Shown: positions 1 through 9,394, counted from the stretch's first letter. The stretch is 64,000 nucleotides of DNA from an uncultured delta proteobacterium (GCA_963774445.1 CAVZFC010000035.1:261470-325469), one strand, 5' to 3'. A program made the numbers and translations. The notes: generated by a model from the sequence alone, not told the origin.

Positions 1-1111
1 GGCCCAGGCCACGCGCCCACATGGCGGCGCGATCGCTCTCCTCGGGCAGGTCCAGGTGCACCAGCACCACGCCGCGATCGAAGTGCAACGGCCGGCCCTC
101 GGCACGGCCCGCGGTGGCGACCAACGGACCGGTCATGCCGGCGAGCAGGATCCGGTCGATGCCCGCCTCTCGCAGGGTCGGCGCGAGCTCGTCCGCGTCC
201 TCGAGAAGCAGCACCGCATCCCACCACATCGCCTCGCGCATGATGGTGCGCCCGAGCATGCCGAGCGGCCCCTCCTCCGCGGGCAGGCGATCGCAGCGCA
301 CACGCAACACGGGATACCCGAGCTCGGCGGCCGCGCGATAGACCAGCGCCTTGCGCCCGGCGCCTTCGGGCCCGGCGACGACGATGGCGGGATGGGTCCG
401 GGTGCCGCCGGATGCCGCGATGGCGGCGACGAGCAGCCGGGCCACCTGTCGTTGGGGCGCCTCCTGGGCGACCAGCGGCTCGAGGGACGATTCGCCGGAG
501 ACGAGCTCGCAGGTGCCGGTCAGCTCGCGATCGAGCCGGTCGAAGCCGTGTGCCAACTCGAGCACGCGATCGGCGATGCGCAGGCGCCGCAGCACGAACG
601 CCACGTCGCGCCCGGCATCGAGATCCTGGACCAGAGCAAAACGGAACAGCGCCCCGTCGGCGCGAAGGTCGGCGAGCGCCCGCTCGGGAATCCCTTCGTA
701 CAAGAGCAGCTGCAACAGCCCGACGTCGGGTTGAGGGCGGCTGGGATCGCCGACGAGGAAGCGCGCCAGCTCGCGCAACTCGGCGTCCATCTCCAGCGCG
801 ACCAGCACCCCGAGCGCCCGTTGCTCGCCGGACGACAACCCGAACACCTCGCGCAGCCGATCCAGAGGCATCGGCGTTCCGGCGGCTCGCGCGGCCGCGG
901 CGCGGGCCGCGCTGGCTCGGACAAGCCCTACGATGGCGTCGTCGAGATCGGCTCCCGAGGGCATCCCGGGCGGCACGCCCTCCGGTCGCCGCTTGCCGAC
1001 GGCCCGCACCAACAACATCCGCGCGAGCGAGGTCTCGTCCGCCAGATGCTCCGCCGGGCTGGTGTATGCGGCCGCGCTCGAAGCCGGACTGTCGGTCTCA
1101 GGGGGCGCCAT
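1..1111 (-). CDS. AAA+ ATPase-like protein, partial (C-terminus lies before window start)
   Basis: Hand-translated minus frame, absent from the ORF track because it runs off the window. Reads MAPPETDSP...LLVRAVGKRRPEG...HPAIVVAGPEGAGRKALVYRAAAELGYPVLRVRCDRL...ILLAGMTGPL. This is an AAA-like P-loop region with a degenerate Walker A (GPEGAGRK). ATG at 1109-1111. Confidence 0.45.
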   Translation of the reverse strand, partial: MAPPETDSPASSAAAYTSPAEHLADETSLARMLLVRAVGKRRPEGVPPGMPSGADLDDAIVGLVRASAARAAAARAAGTPMPLDRLREVFGLSSGEQRALGVLVALEMDAELRELARFLVGDPSRPQPDVGLLQLLLYEGIPERALADLRADGALFRFALVQDLDAGRDVAFVLRRLRIADRVLELAHGFDRLDRELTGTCELVSGESSLEPLVAQEAPQRQVARLLVAAIAASGGTRTHPAIVVAGPEGAGRKALVYRAAAELGYPVLRVRCDRLPAEEGPLGMLGRTIMREAMWWDAVLLLEDADELAPTLREAGIDRILLAGMTGPLVATAGRAEGRPLHFDRGVVLVHLDLPEESDRAAMWARGLG

Positions 1112-2273
1112 CGAACTTGACCACCTCCGCCTGCCGATCGCTCAGCGCGGCAAACGCGATCGCCCCCCCATCCACGGTCGGCAGCAAGCCACGCACGCCG
1201 CAACCGTTGCTGATGCGCTTCCATTCGCCGCTCGCCTCGTTCAGCGTGCGGACCAGGGCGCCGTGCTTGGCGGTGTCATAGACCGCGTAGCCGCAATGCT
1301 CGTCGACGATGGTCCCGGTCATGTCGGAGGTGCGGCGCGGCTCGTAGTCGTAGAACCAGATCAGAGTTCCGTCGAAACCGACGGTCGGGTAATAGTCACT
1401 GGAGGAGGCCAGGAACGGCAGCCCCTGCGTCCACGCCAGATCGACCTCCGCCTTCAGCACGCCGTCCGACAGCGAGAGAACTTGAACGTGCTGTCGGACC
1501 CCGGTGTCACCGCTCTCGTCCGTGTAAGCGACGGCGATGGTACCGGCCTTGCCGGCAACCGCGACCTTGCCGACCGGCGTTCGGCCGATCGTCGCGATCG
1601 TCCCATCCTTGGGCGAGAGCCGCACGAGCTCCTGATAGTGCTCACGCTGCACCGTCTCGCCGTCGTGGGTTTCGGAATAGTGCGCGACCCGCAGGATGAC
1701 ATCGCCGTTGGCCAACCAGGCGCCCGCGGAAACGTCGTCGATGGTGGTGCCGTCCAGCGTCTTGCTCCAGGTCGGCTCCGACGAGTCGTGGTCGTAGCGA
1801 GCGATCGACGCCCCCTTGGCGGTGCGCACGAGCCCGAGCACGCCGGGGGAGAGATCGTACCAGTGCTGTTTGCCCGAAGGGACGGGGATCTGGTACTGCT
1901 CGCCGCCAAACGTGTGCAGCACTGCGACGATGGAGCCGTCCTGCGACTTCTCCTCGAACCCGATAGCTTCGCCGTACTGCGTGCCCCCGTGCCCGGGGAC
2001 GACGGCGGTGCGCGGGCTGTCGGTTCCGATTCGCCCACCTGCCAGTACCAGCGGCCGTGCGGCGCGGGTCGCCGTGACTTGCGCCACCTGCCGGAATGAA
2101 AACTCCTCGTCGCCCTGCGGCGCGTCAACCTGAACGGTCCAGGCCGGCGTCACGCTCTTTGCTTCACCCGACGGCATAGTCTTCCCTCCGCCCTTGCTGT
2201 CCTTGGAGCACGACGCACCAATCGACGCGCCGCCGAAGACGGCAAGCGCGAGCAGAGCGACGGTGCGCGGCAT
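1098..2273 (-). CDS. secreted protein / putative lipoprotein, hypothetical
   Basis: Signal peptide MPRTVALLALAVFGGASIGASC. The ATG at 2271-2273 overlaps the stop of the upstream DUF4157 gene (TGATG). The ORF track starts it at 2315, which I consider less likely. Confidence 0.55.
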   Translation of the reverse strand: MPRTVALLALAVFGGASIGASCSKDSKGGGKTMPSGEAKSVTPAWTVQVDAPQGDEEFSFRQVAQVTATRAARPLVLAGGRIGTDSPRTAVVPGHGGTQYGEAIGFEEKSQDGSIVAVLHTFGGEQYQIPVPSGKQHWYDLSPGVLGLVRTAKGASIARYDHDSSEPTWSKTLDGTTIDDVSAGAWLANGDVILRVAHYSETHDGETVQREHYQELVRLSPKDGTIATIGRTPVGKVAVAGKAGTIAVAYTDESGDTGVRQHVQVLSLSDGVLKAEVDLAWTQGLPFLASSSDYYPTVGFDGTLIWFYDYEPRRTSDMTGTIVDEHCGYAVYDTAKHGALVRTLNEASGEWKRISNGCGVRGLLPTVDGGAIAFAALSDRQAEVVKFDGAP

Positions 2274-4747
2274 CAGGACTCGTTGAGCAGCCTTTGCAGA
2301 CTTTTTAGCTGCCATCCGTCGAGACTATCCCAAAGATCGTCGTCGCGGACGGTCCAGCCCTCCTTGAAATGCCCCTGCCACGAGTGCCCCTCGAGCCGGC
2401 GGAAGAGCTCTTTGCGCTCACCGGATGGCGCGGTCTGGAACAGCTCGAGGATTGAGGTCTGTTCTCCCTCGGACACGCCGATGCCCTGCCAGCTCTCCAG
2501 GTTGTTGATGTAGTGGATGCGCTGCTCCACGGTCAGGCCGCGGAGCAGAGTGTTTCTGTCAGCGGGCTTGCCGTCGGGCCCCGGCTTCTTCTCATCGGCC
2601 ATCTTCTGGCCTTTGTCGTGCAAACGATCAAGATCGGCCCGGGTGGCATCGTCCGTTCGCGAGTTGGCCTGCCCGCGCCCCGGGTCGAAGTCGATGATCT
2701 GCTGGATCTTGGCGCGCGTGGTCGATGGGGTGGTCATCTGCGCCAGGAAGCTGTTGTTGTACGCCGCCTGCGGATGCAGGTCGCCGAGATAGACCTGATA
2801 GCTTCCGACCGTGTCGTGCCAGACCGGCTTGGTCTCCGGGAACTTGGCCGCCAGGCCGCTGAGCTTGTCGCCGAACTCGCCGCCCGGGACCATCGACTGG
2901 AGGATGCGCAGCCCGAACGTCTCGTCCTGATCGCTGCGCACGCGTGCGCCCCACAACGTCTGGAAGTTGGACTGTTTCCAGCACTGGGTGCCGTTGTCGG
3001 CCGCTCGAGACGCATCCGGGAACGGCATCATCTGCTCGGCTCCATAGTTGGCCCCCGGTTTCGCCGGCGCCGCGGTGGTCGAGCGCACGTGGGCGATTAC
3101 CTCTTGCTCGCTCATGCTGGCATCCGCTGCATGGGCCTGCTGGATGTCGGAGACGCCGAGCCGGACGGCGGTCTCCACCTTCTCCTTGGTGGCATCCTGC
3201 TCGGCCGGAGCTCCCGGCGACACCCCGCCGTGGCTGTCGCCGAACGTCTTCCAGGACATCTGGAGCTCGTTGGTGACCCACAGCCCCCTGGCGTTGTCCA
3301 TGTCGTGGGTGATGAGCGACACGATGTCGTCGAAGCCGAACTCCGGCAGGCTGGCCGTCTTCTCGTCGATCTGCGCCTGGGTGTCCTTCATGATGTCGAG
3401 GACCGAGCCCATGATGGTGGCGGCGTTGGTCTCGTGGGCGTTCATGTAGATCGCCACGTCCTGGGCGATCGTTTTCTTGAGGTTCTCGAAGAACAGAGGG
3501 TACTTGCCGTTCCAGTACTCGGCGATGCTCGCGCGCGGCGTGCGCAGGTGGCCGGCGGCGAAGCCGTCAGTGAGGAAGTGCTCGGCGGCGGCCTCTCGCG
3601 CCATCGGCTCGTCGATCCCCTTGCCGTCCTTCTTGGCCTGGTGAGCGCGCAGGATCGCGTCCTCGTGCAAGGCTCGATAGCTGCCGCCGGCCGACTGCCG
3701 GTTGCCCGACTTGGGACCGCCCGAGCCCGGTCCCTTGGGGTTGGCGAAATGCTCGGTGTTGGAGTCGGCGAGTCGCAAGTAGCGAGCTTCGACAGCGTCC
3801 TTGACCTGCTGCGAGAACGTGACCTGCGACCAGATCCCCATCAGCGGATCTTTCTCGCTGCACATCGGCTTGAAGCGCCGGTCGTCGGGCCGGGCGTGCT
3901 TGACGGCGTAGATGATCTCGTCCTGCGTGCCGGGAATACATCCGGGCAGCGGCGAGGGCGTGCTCGCGAGCTTGAAGAAGTTGTCGGGAACCGGGTTGCC
4001 CTGCAGGTCGGTCTCGCGCGCGTCGAAGTAGTCGCCGCTCAGCATGACGATGTCGCCGTGGGTCAGCTCGAACCGGAAGTCGGGGCCCGGATCGACGCCG
4101 AGCGCCGGCGCCAACACCGGCGCCAACATGTGGTCGGTGTCCTGTTTGTAGGTGCCGTTGTACCCGGCCGCCTTGGCGCCTTCGTCGCCGTAGGTCTGGT
4201 GCTCCTTCGAGCCGAACATCTGGATCGGCTGCCCCTCGGCCTTGGCCTGGCCGGCTCCGGACGCGGCGCCGCTGTGACCGATCAGCTGAGACGGCACTGG
4301 CTCGCCGCGGACCGCCGCCGCGCCGGCCGCGTCGGCCTCGGCTTCGAGCCCCTCGTCGGCGTTAATCGGTGAGCCCTTGGCCTGCGGTGCAGCGACCCGC
4401 CCGGCCCGCTGCTGCTGGACGTGAGCCAACTCGTGTCCGAGCAGCGCCGTCCCCTCGCGCGTCGACGGGGTGCCGCGGCCAGCCGCCAGATGAACCGTCT
4501 CACCCTGCGTGTAGGCCTGCGCGCCCAGCGCATCGGCGCGCCCGTCCTGCTTGACGTTGACGCCGGAGAAGTCGGTCCCGAACACCTGGCCCATCTGTGT
4601 CTTGACCGCGTCCATGCTCGAGCCGACCAGCCCTTGTGCGCGCTCTGCCGACGGCACCGGCGCAGATTCGGCCGCTTGGTCCTCGCGCTGGGGCGCGGCC
4701 GGAGTGGCGGCCGTATCGCGATCGTGAGAGTCGTCCAGTTGGCGCAT
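2273..4747 (-). CDS. DUF4157 (zincin-like HExxH) domain-containing large protein, putative toxin/effector-like
   Basis: 824-aa ORF. The N-terminal region contains LLGHELAHVQQQ, which is typical of DUF4157. I did not recognise the C-terminal 600 aa. Confidence 0.65.
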   Translation of the reverse strand: MRQLDDSHDRDTAATPAAPQREDQAAESAPVPSAERAQGLVGSSMDAVKTQMGQVFGTDFSGVNVKQDGRADALGAQAYTQGETVHLAAGRGTPSTREGTALLGHELAHVQQQRAGRVAAPQAKGSPINADEGLEAEADAAGAAAVRGEPVPSQLIGHSGAASGAGQAKAEGQPIQMFGSKEHQTYGDEGAKAAGYNGTYKQDTDHMLAPVLAPALGVDPGPDFRFELTHGDIVMLSGDYFDARETDLQGNPVPDNFFKLASTPSPLPGCIPGTQDEIIYAVKHARPDDRRFKPMCSEKDPLMGIWSQVTFSQQVKDAVEARYLRLADSNTEHFANPKGPGSGGPKSGNRQSAGGSYRALHEDAILRAHQAKKDGKGIDEPMAREAAAEHFLTDGFAAGHLRTPRASIAEYWNGKYPLFFENLKKTIAQDVAIYMNAHETNAATIMGSVLDIMKDTQAQIDEKTASLPEFGFDDIVSLITHDMDNARGLWVTNELQMSWKTFGDSHGGVSPGAPAEQDATKEKVETAVRLGVSDIQQAHAADASMSEQEVIAHVRSTTAAPAKPGANYGAEQMMPFPDASRAADNGTQCWKQSNFQTLWGARVRSDQDETFGLRILQSMVPGGEFGDKLSGLAAKFPETKPVWHDTVGSYQVYLGDLHPQAAYNNSFLAQMTTPSTTRAKIQQIIDFDPGRGQANSRTDDATRADLDRLHDKGQKMADEKKPGPDGKPADRNTLLRGLTVEQRIHYINNLESWQGIGVSEGEQTSILELFQTAPSGERKELFRRLEGHSWQGHFKEGWTVRDDDLWDSLDGWQLKSLQRLLNES

Positions 4748-4919
4748 CGTTGGGCTCCGTTCCCGGCTTTCCGCGTCTGTTCAGAATACGCGGGTTCTCG
4801 CTGCCGCATCCCCTCACCGGCCGCAACTACTTGATGTTACCAACCCGCACGCAACGCGCCCGGCCGTCTCGGGCGCGAGGGCCGCAAGCTGGCAAAGCCA
4901 GCTCTGTCGGCGCGACAGG

Positions 4920-5831
4920 TCAGGGCGCCGGGACGCCGCGCAGCAGGACCCCGCGCGAGCCGGCGATCCAGACGGCGCCACCACAGGGAGCGACCGCGGT
5001 GAGATCTTCGCTGACTCCGCTGGGCGCGATCGAGAACTGCTTGCCGTCGGCGGAGACCAGGACGGTGCCGGCGCGCCCAACGGCGTAGACGGCGCCGCCG
5101 GGGTCGGTTGCGAGGTCGAACAGCGGCGCCCTGGCCGGGGTCGGTCGGGCGCGAAACGTCTTGCCTCCGTCCGCCGAGGCCAGGAGCTTGCTGTCGTCTG
5201 GGGCGTTCGCCAGCAGCGTGCCGTCGGGCGCGACCGCCAGGGCGCCGCCGATGTCGGGGCCGTCGCGGTGGCCCATGCCCATCGGTCCCGTGTCCGGTCC
5301 GGTCCAGACGCGCTTCCAGCTGCCGCCGTCGTCGTCGGAGCGGAGCAGGAACACGAAGGCGCTCTCGAGGCTGTCGTGGACCATCAGCGCGCTGCCCAGG
5401 GCGTAGAGCTGCGAGCCGTCGGGCGCGACTGCGAGCCGCAGCAGTCTGACCCGGTATTCCTTCAGGACGTTTCCGGGCTCCGCGATCTGCGGGCCGCGGC
5501 TCCAGTGTTGCCCGCCGTCGACCGAGCGCATCAAGTGACCGTCGTCGGCCACGCGGTAGACGCGGTCGCCCAGTCGCGCGGTCACGTGCGGGTCCACGGC
5601 GTCGGTCGGCGGCGCGGGCGCCTCGGCGGCCCCGCCCGCGGGAGAGTGACGGCGGCCGTGACTGTCGCCGATCGAGATTCGACCCTCCGCCGAGCAATAG
5701 AGGTGGTCGAGATGGTCTGTGGTTCCGGCGGAGACTCGCGTCCAGACGAGGCGCGGTGGGACGCGATTGGCGTGGGCCGAACAACCGGCGACCAAGAGGG
5801 CGAGGAGACTCCAACGCATCGGACCCAGCAT
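4920..5831 (-). CDS. BNR/Asp-box repeat (Ycf48-like beta-propeller) lipoprotein
   Basis: Lipobox LLVAGCSA. Repeated D-G-G-x-x-W/F motifs (DGGQHWSR, DDGGSWKRV, DGGKTFRA). Confidence 0.6.
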   Translation of the reverse strand: MLGPMRWSLLALLVAGCSAHANRVPPRLVWTRVSAGTTDHLDHLYCSAEGRISIGDSHGRRHSPAGGAAEAPAPPTDAVDPHVTARLGDRVYRVADDGHLMRSVDGGQHWSRGPQIAEPGNVLKEYRVRLLRLAVAPDGSQLYALGSALMVHDSLESAFVFLLRSDDDGGSWKRVWTGPDTGPMGMGHRDGPDIGGALAVAPDGTLLANAPDDSKLLASADGGKTFRARPTPARAPLFDLATDPGGAVYAVGRAGTVLVSADGKQFSIAPSGVSEDLTAVAPCGGAVWIAGSRGVLLRGVPAP

Positions 5832-5886
5832 GCGACGAGCTTGGCCGGTACGCGCGCCGAGGTCAAAGGATCGGCCTCGCCGCAGA

Positions 5887-6042
5887 CTACTTCGTCCGCT
5901 TGCGCAGGTTTGGCCGCAGATTTGCGTTCCAACCGGCGACGTCGGTGGGCTGGTACAGGGCGATGTGGAGCGTCTCGTTGGTCTCGGGGTTCATGAACAG
6001 CGTGATGCCCTTGTCCGGGTAGACGTAGGCGCCGTCCTTCAT
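5887..6042 (-). CDS. small hypothetical protein
   Basis: Internal ATG of ORF 5887..6234 (MKDGAYVYPDKGITLF...). The upstream part of that ORF overlaps the tRNA, so the start is truncated here. Weak call. Confidence 0.2.
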   Translation of the reverse strand: MKDGAYVYPDKGITLFMNPETNETLHIALYQPTDVAGWNANLRPNLRKRTK

Positions 6043-6189
6043 CAGCACCGAGCCGTACCACCAGTCGTCCCTGGCGGCGGCGGTGCCGTACTGCTGTTGG
6101 TTCTGTTCGGCAAGCGAGCCCCGGGCGTGCCGTAGGGCTCGGCCGGGCCGCCGAAAATCACAACGCCCGGCAAGCGGCCGGGCGTCGTG

Positions 6190-6264
<75 letters not shown>

Positions 6265-6344
6265 AGAGGTCCTGGTTTTTAGCGGGGCCGTGTTGAGGTG
6301 TCAAGGAGTTAGGCGGCGGAAAACGCAGGGCCAGGAGGCGGCCC

Positions 6345-6764
6345 CTACTTGCGATAAACCTCGATGCCGGCGGTCTTCAGGGCGGCTTCGAGGTCCTGGG
6401 CGGCGCCGAAGTTGGCGTCGCCGGTGACGATCAGGTCGGCGGCGCGCGGCGGCTTGCACGCGGCGATGGCGTCGCCAATCTCACCCGGGTTTCCAGCGAT
6501 GGTCAGCCCCGTGGCGTCGAGGCGGAGCTGGCAGCGGGGCAGGGCGGCGTCCGCGGGAGTGTCGGCGAGCCTGGCGGGCTGGCCGGTCGGCTGGCGTTGG
6601 CGCGTCGGCTCGTTGCCGCTGCCGCCCAGGCCGAGGGAGCCGCGGCAGCGCAAGAACAAGATCGCGGCGACGACCAGGCCGAGCAGGATCAGCCAGAAGA
6701 CGAGTCGCTTGCGCCCGGCGGCCCGGGCCCTGGCGTCACGAGAGGTCGGGGGTGGTTTCGGCAT
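6345..6764 (-). CDS. TolR/ExbD-like protein (second copy)
   Basis: Single TM segment (LVFWLILLGLVVAAILFL). The C-terminus (LIVTGDANFGAAQDLEAALKTAGIEVY) is ExbD-like. Confidence 0.5.
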   Translation of the reverse strand: MPKPPPTSRDARARAAGRKRLVFWLILLGLVVAAILFLRCRGSLGLGGSGNEPTRQRQPTGQPARLADTPADAALPRCQLRLDATGLTIAGNPGEIGDAIAACKPPRAADLIVTGDANFGAAQDLEAALKTAGIEVYRK

Positions 6765-6770
6765 GGGGGA

Positions 6771-7394
6771 TCACGGGCTGAAGGTGTCGAGGTTGCCGGG
6801 GTCAACCAGCACGGCGAGGGCGCCCTGGTCGGCGGCGCAGCGCTCGAGGTCGCGGCGGATGCCTTCGACCAGGGCCACGGGCAGCTGATCGATCGACGCG
6901 TCGGGGACGATGACGACGATGTCGCGGGCGAGGTCGGCCCGGCCCAGGGCGGCGGCGACGATGGCGCAGATGCGCAGCGCGGCGTTGCGGTCGCCCAGGT
7001 AGGCGAGGGCGATGTCTGGATCGTCGACGCGCTCGAGCAGCGGGGCGCCGACGAGGATCGACTCGCCATCGGCCGGCTCGACGGCGGTCAGCACGCCGCG
7101 CGACGAGATGTGCGCCAGCTGCGTGGCGCGGGTGTCGACGCTGCGGGCGATGGCGGCCGCGGCGGCCTGGCGCACGCTGGTCGGCGCCGGCTCGACGACG
7201 GCGTCGGGTGGGGCGGCGTCGGGGACGCCGGCGTCGGGCGGCGCGGCAGCGACCGCGGCCGGCTGGGGCTGCGGCGCGCGCTGCGACGCCTCGACCTTGC
7301 TGGCCGCGTGGATCAGCGACGCGAAGACGAGGATGAACAGGACGTCGAGCAGCGACGTCAGCGAGGAGTACTGGGTGGGGCGGCGGCGCGGCAT
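6771..7394 (-). CDS. ExbD/TolR family biopolymer transport protein
   Basis: N-terminal SLTSLLDVLFILVFASL is typical of ExbD. A periplasmic domain follows. Confidence 0.7.
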   Translation of the reverse strand: MPRRRPTQYSSLTSLLDVLFILVFASLIHAASKVEASQRAPQPQPAAVAAAPPDAGVPDAAPPDAVVEPAPTSVRQAAAAAIARSVDTRATQLAHISSRGVLTAVEPADGESILVGAPLLERVDDPDIALAYLGDRNAALRICAIVAAALGRADLARDIVVIVPDASIDQLPVALVEGIRRDLERCAADQGALAVLVDPGNLDTFSP

Positions 7395-7398
7395 GGCA

Positions 7399-7965
7399 TC
7401 ACGCGTCCTCGCGCGACACGCGGCGCGCGTTCCACGCCTCGATGTTCTTCTCGGCGGTGTCGGCCCAGACCCCCATCTTCATGGTGAACTGGCCGCTCAG
7501 CCAGACGCTGTAGGCGAGGCCGGCGACGGTGGTCCAGACCGCCAGGCCCAGCGGCTCGAGCAGCTCGCTCACGCCGGCGTCGCCCAGCGACAGCGACAGC
7601 CCCAGGCCGACGACGGTGAACAGCAGGCCCAGCTGGCGCAGGAAGTCGACCCAGAAGGCGAGGGCGGGCTCGAGCCGGTGGGCGCGCATCATCCAGCCGC
7701 GCACCTGCTTGGCCGCCCACGCCGGATCGCGCGCGCTGATCACCGAGGTCGCTTCGTCGCGGATCGTCTGCAGCGCGAGGGAGGCGCCCGGCGCCGGCTT
7801 GGCCGGCTCGTCGCCTGCCCCGGCCAGCTCGGTGCCGAGGTAGTCGGTGAGCAGGCGCACGTAGGCCAGCTCCCTGCGCAGGCTGAAGAAGCCGACGGCG
7901 AAGACCACGCTGATGAGAACCAGCGCGGCCACGGTGAAGCCCCACCCGTTGAGGAACGCGGTCAT
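7399..7965 (-). CDS. MotA/TolQ/ExbB family proton-channel protein
   Basis: Uses the internal start MTAFLNGWGF (ATG at 7963-7965). Three TM segments. LGLLFTVVGLGLSL...TTVAGLAYSV is the MotA/TolQ signature. The ORF-track N-extension is antisense junk. Confidence 0.7.
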   Translation of the reverse strand: MTAFLNGWGFTVAALVLISVVFAVGFFSLRRELAYVRLLTDYLGTELAGAGDEPAKPAPGASLALQTIRDEATSVISARDPAWAAKQVRGWMMRAHRLEPALAFWVDFLRQLGLLFTVVGLGLSLSLGDAGVSELLEPLGLAVWTTVAGLAYSVWLSGQFTMKMGVWADTAEKNIEAWNARRVSREDA

Positions 7966-8040
7966 GGGCGAGGCGATGGTATCACGGGGCCAGGTCGCGC
8001 CCGGGAGCTGCAACCGGGCGCACCAAGCGGTGTCGGGGCA

Positions 8041-8814
8041 ATGATGGACAGGACCAGGCGGTTGCGCGCGGCGGTGGTCGCGCTGGGGGTGGCGGTGGCG
8101 GCTCCGGCGTGGGGGCAGCCCGCACAGAAGGCGGCCGCGCCGCCGGCGCCTGCCGAAGCCGACGTTGCTCGCGCGCTTTCCGGCGCGGTCGCGGCCTGGG
8201 ATCGATCGTGTGCCCATGCCGACGCGCTCGGGTTGTGCGTGACCAAGACGAAGACGACCAGCGCGAACTATTGCACCGGTGCCTACGTGCGGATCCGCAA
8301 CGGGCGCAAGCGGCACCCGGCGCGCAAGGCGGCCGCCTCGTTGACGCGGGCGCTGGCGCTCTACGACCGCGCCGACCCAACCGTGAAGTCCAAGCTCGGC
8401 GCGCGCGCCGCCGCGGCGGCGATGCGGCAGGGCGACGCTGCGGTCGAAGCGATGCTGGCGCAGCCGTTTCCCACCAGCATCGACTTTCCGGCGCAGAACG
8501 CGGCGCGCAAGAAGGCGTCGATGAAGATCTTCCAGGCCTGGCTGAAGCACATCCAGAGCCAGACCAAGGAGCTCCGCGACCGCTACACCGCGGCGGCAAC
8601 GCTGGGCGATCCGGCGGTCCGCGCGGTAGCCCAGGCCCGCACCCGGGCCGCGCTCGACACGTTGGGCGACGTCCTGGAGATGGGCTATGTGCCGCACAGC
8701 GTGCGCACCGGTGACTACGCCATGGACAAGCTGGCCGCCTACTGCGACGAGCTCGCGGCGCAGGCGGCGCCGCTGCGGCCTCCACCACCGCCGGCGCCTG
8801 CGCCCGCGCCGTAG
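8041..8814 (+). CDS. secreted protein homologous to the C-terminal domain of the GltD-like TPR protein (56359..59940)
   Basis: Signal peptide MMDRTRRLRAAVVALGVAVAAPAWG. Shared blocks with the large TPR protein: KKASMKIFQAWL~KEKSLKIFMDWI and SVRTGDYAMDKLAAYCDELAAQAAPL~NVRTGQFAEDKVDAYCDELTSQATPL. Confidence 0.6.
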   Translation: MMDRTRRLRAAVVALGVAVAAPAWGQPAQKAAAPPAPAEADVARALSGAVAAWDRSCAHADALGLCVTKTKTTSANYCTGAYVRIRNGRKRHPARKAAASLTRALALYDRADPTVKSKLGARAAAAAMRQGDAAVEAMLAQPFPTSIDFPAQNAARKKASMKIFQAWLKHIQSQTKELRDRYTAAATLGDPAVRAVAQARTRAALDTLGDVLEMGYVPHSVRTGDYAMDKLAAYCDELAAQAAPLRPPPPPAPAPAP

Positions 8815-8956
8815 CCCGGCCAGACGGCCTCATCGTCGACGAACGCGGCGTTTTTACTGGGGACAGGCGGTCCCCCCAGCCGGTAGACGCCGGGCCCGGG
8901 CTGGTGTTAGGTTGGGCGCTCGCCTACGTTTTCTTCGCGAAACAAGGAACCGAGCG

Positions 8957-9310
8957 ATGCGCCTGCGACTGATCCCTTCGCTTCTCTGTGCTGCCCTGCT
9001 GTCGGTCGCCGCCTGCGGCGGCGCGACCAACTATCACCTGCCGGTGGACAGCCCGATCAAGCCGTTCAAGGCGCCGAGCGACGACGAGCTCACCGGGCAA
9101 GCGTTCGATCCGCTGGCCGCGCCCAGCGACGATGACGACGACTTCGAGCCGGTGATGCCCCCGGACATGAAGGACAAGCCCAACGAGAAGAGCGGCGACG
9201 ACGCCGCCAAGCCGCCGGCCAGCAAGACGGCGCCCGCTCCGGCGGCCAAGCCGGCCGCCAAGCCGGCGCCCAAGGCCAAGGCCAAGCCCAAGGCCGGCAA
9301 GAAGGGCTAG
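8957..9310 (+). CDS. lipoprotein with acidic and Ala/Lys/Pro-rich tail
   Basis: Lipobox LLSVAAC. Low-complexity C-terminus AKPAAKPAPKAKAKPKAGKKG. Confidence 0.5.
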   Translation: MRLRLIPSLLCAALLSVAACGGATNYHLPVDSPIKPFKAPSDDELTGQAFDPLAAPSDDDDDFEPVMPPDMKDKPNEKSGDDAAKPPASKTAPAPAAKPAAKPAPKAKAKPKAGKKG

Positions 9311-9394
9311 CGTTGCCCGGGGCGCGGGAATGGCTGCCCCACCGCCGGCGTTGTCTGGCGGCCTGGATTTCTGCCCCGGACACTGGAGGACCTC

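Noticed and set aside
56-1120. 354-aa plus-strand ORF at window start
   Set aside because: The opposite strand encodes a convincing AAA+-like protein in one continuous frame. This plus ORF is its shadow.
2513-4372. 619-aa plus-strand ORF
   Set aside because: Antisense to the DUF4157 gene.
6265-6344. GGGGCCG...CGGCCCC inverted repeat between tRNA-Gly and the TolR-like gene
   Set aside because: 7-bp stem with a ~45-nt loop and no U-tract. Too weak to call a terminator or ncRNA.
9311-9394. Possible glmS ribozyme upstream of glmS
   Set aside because: No conserved glmS-ribozyme core was seen. That element is largely restricted to Firmicutes.
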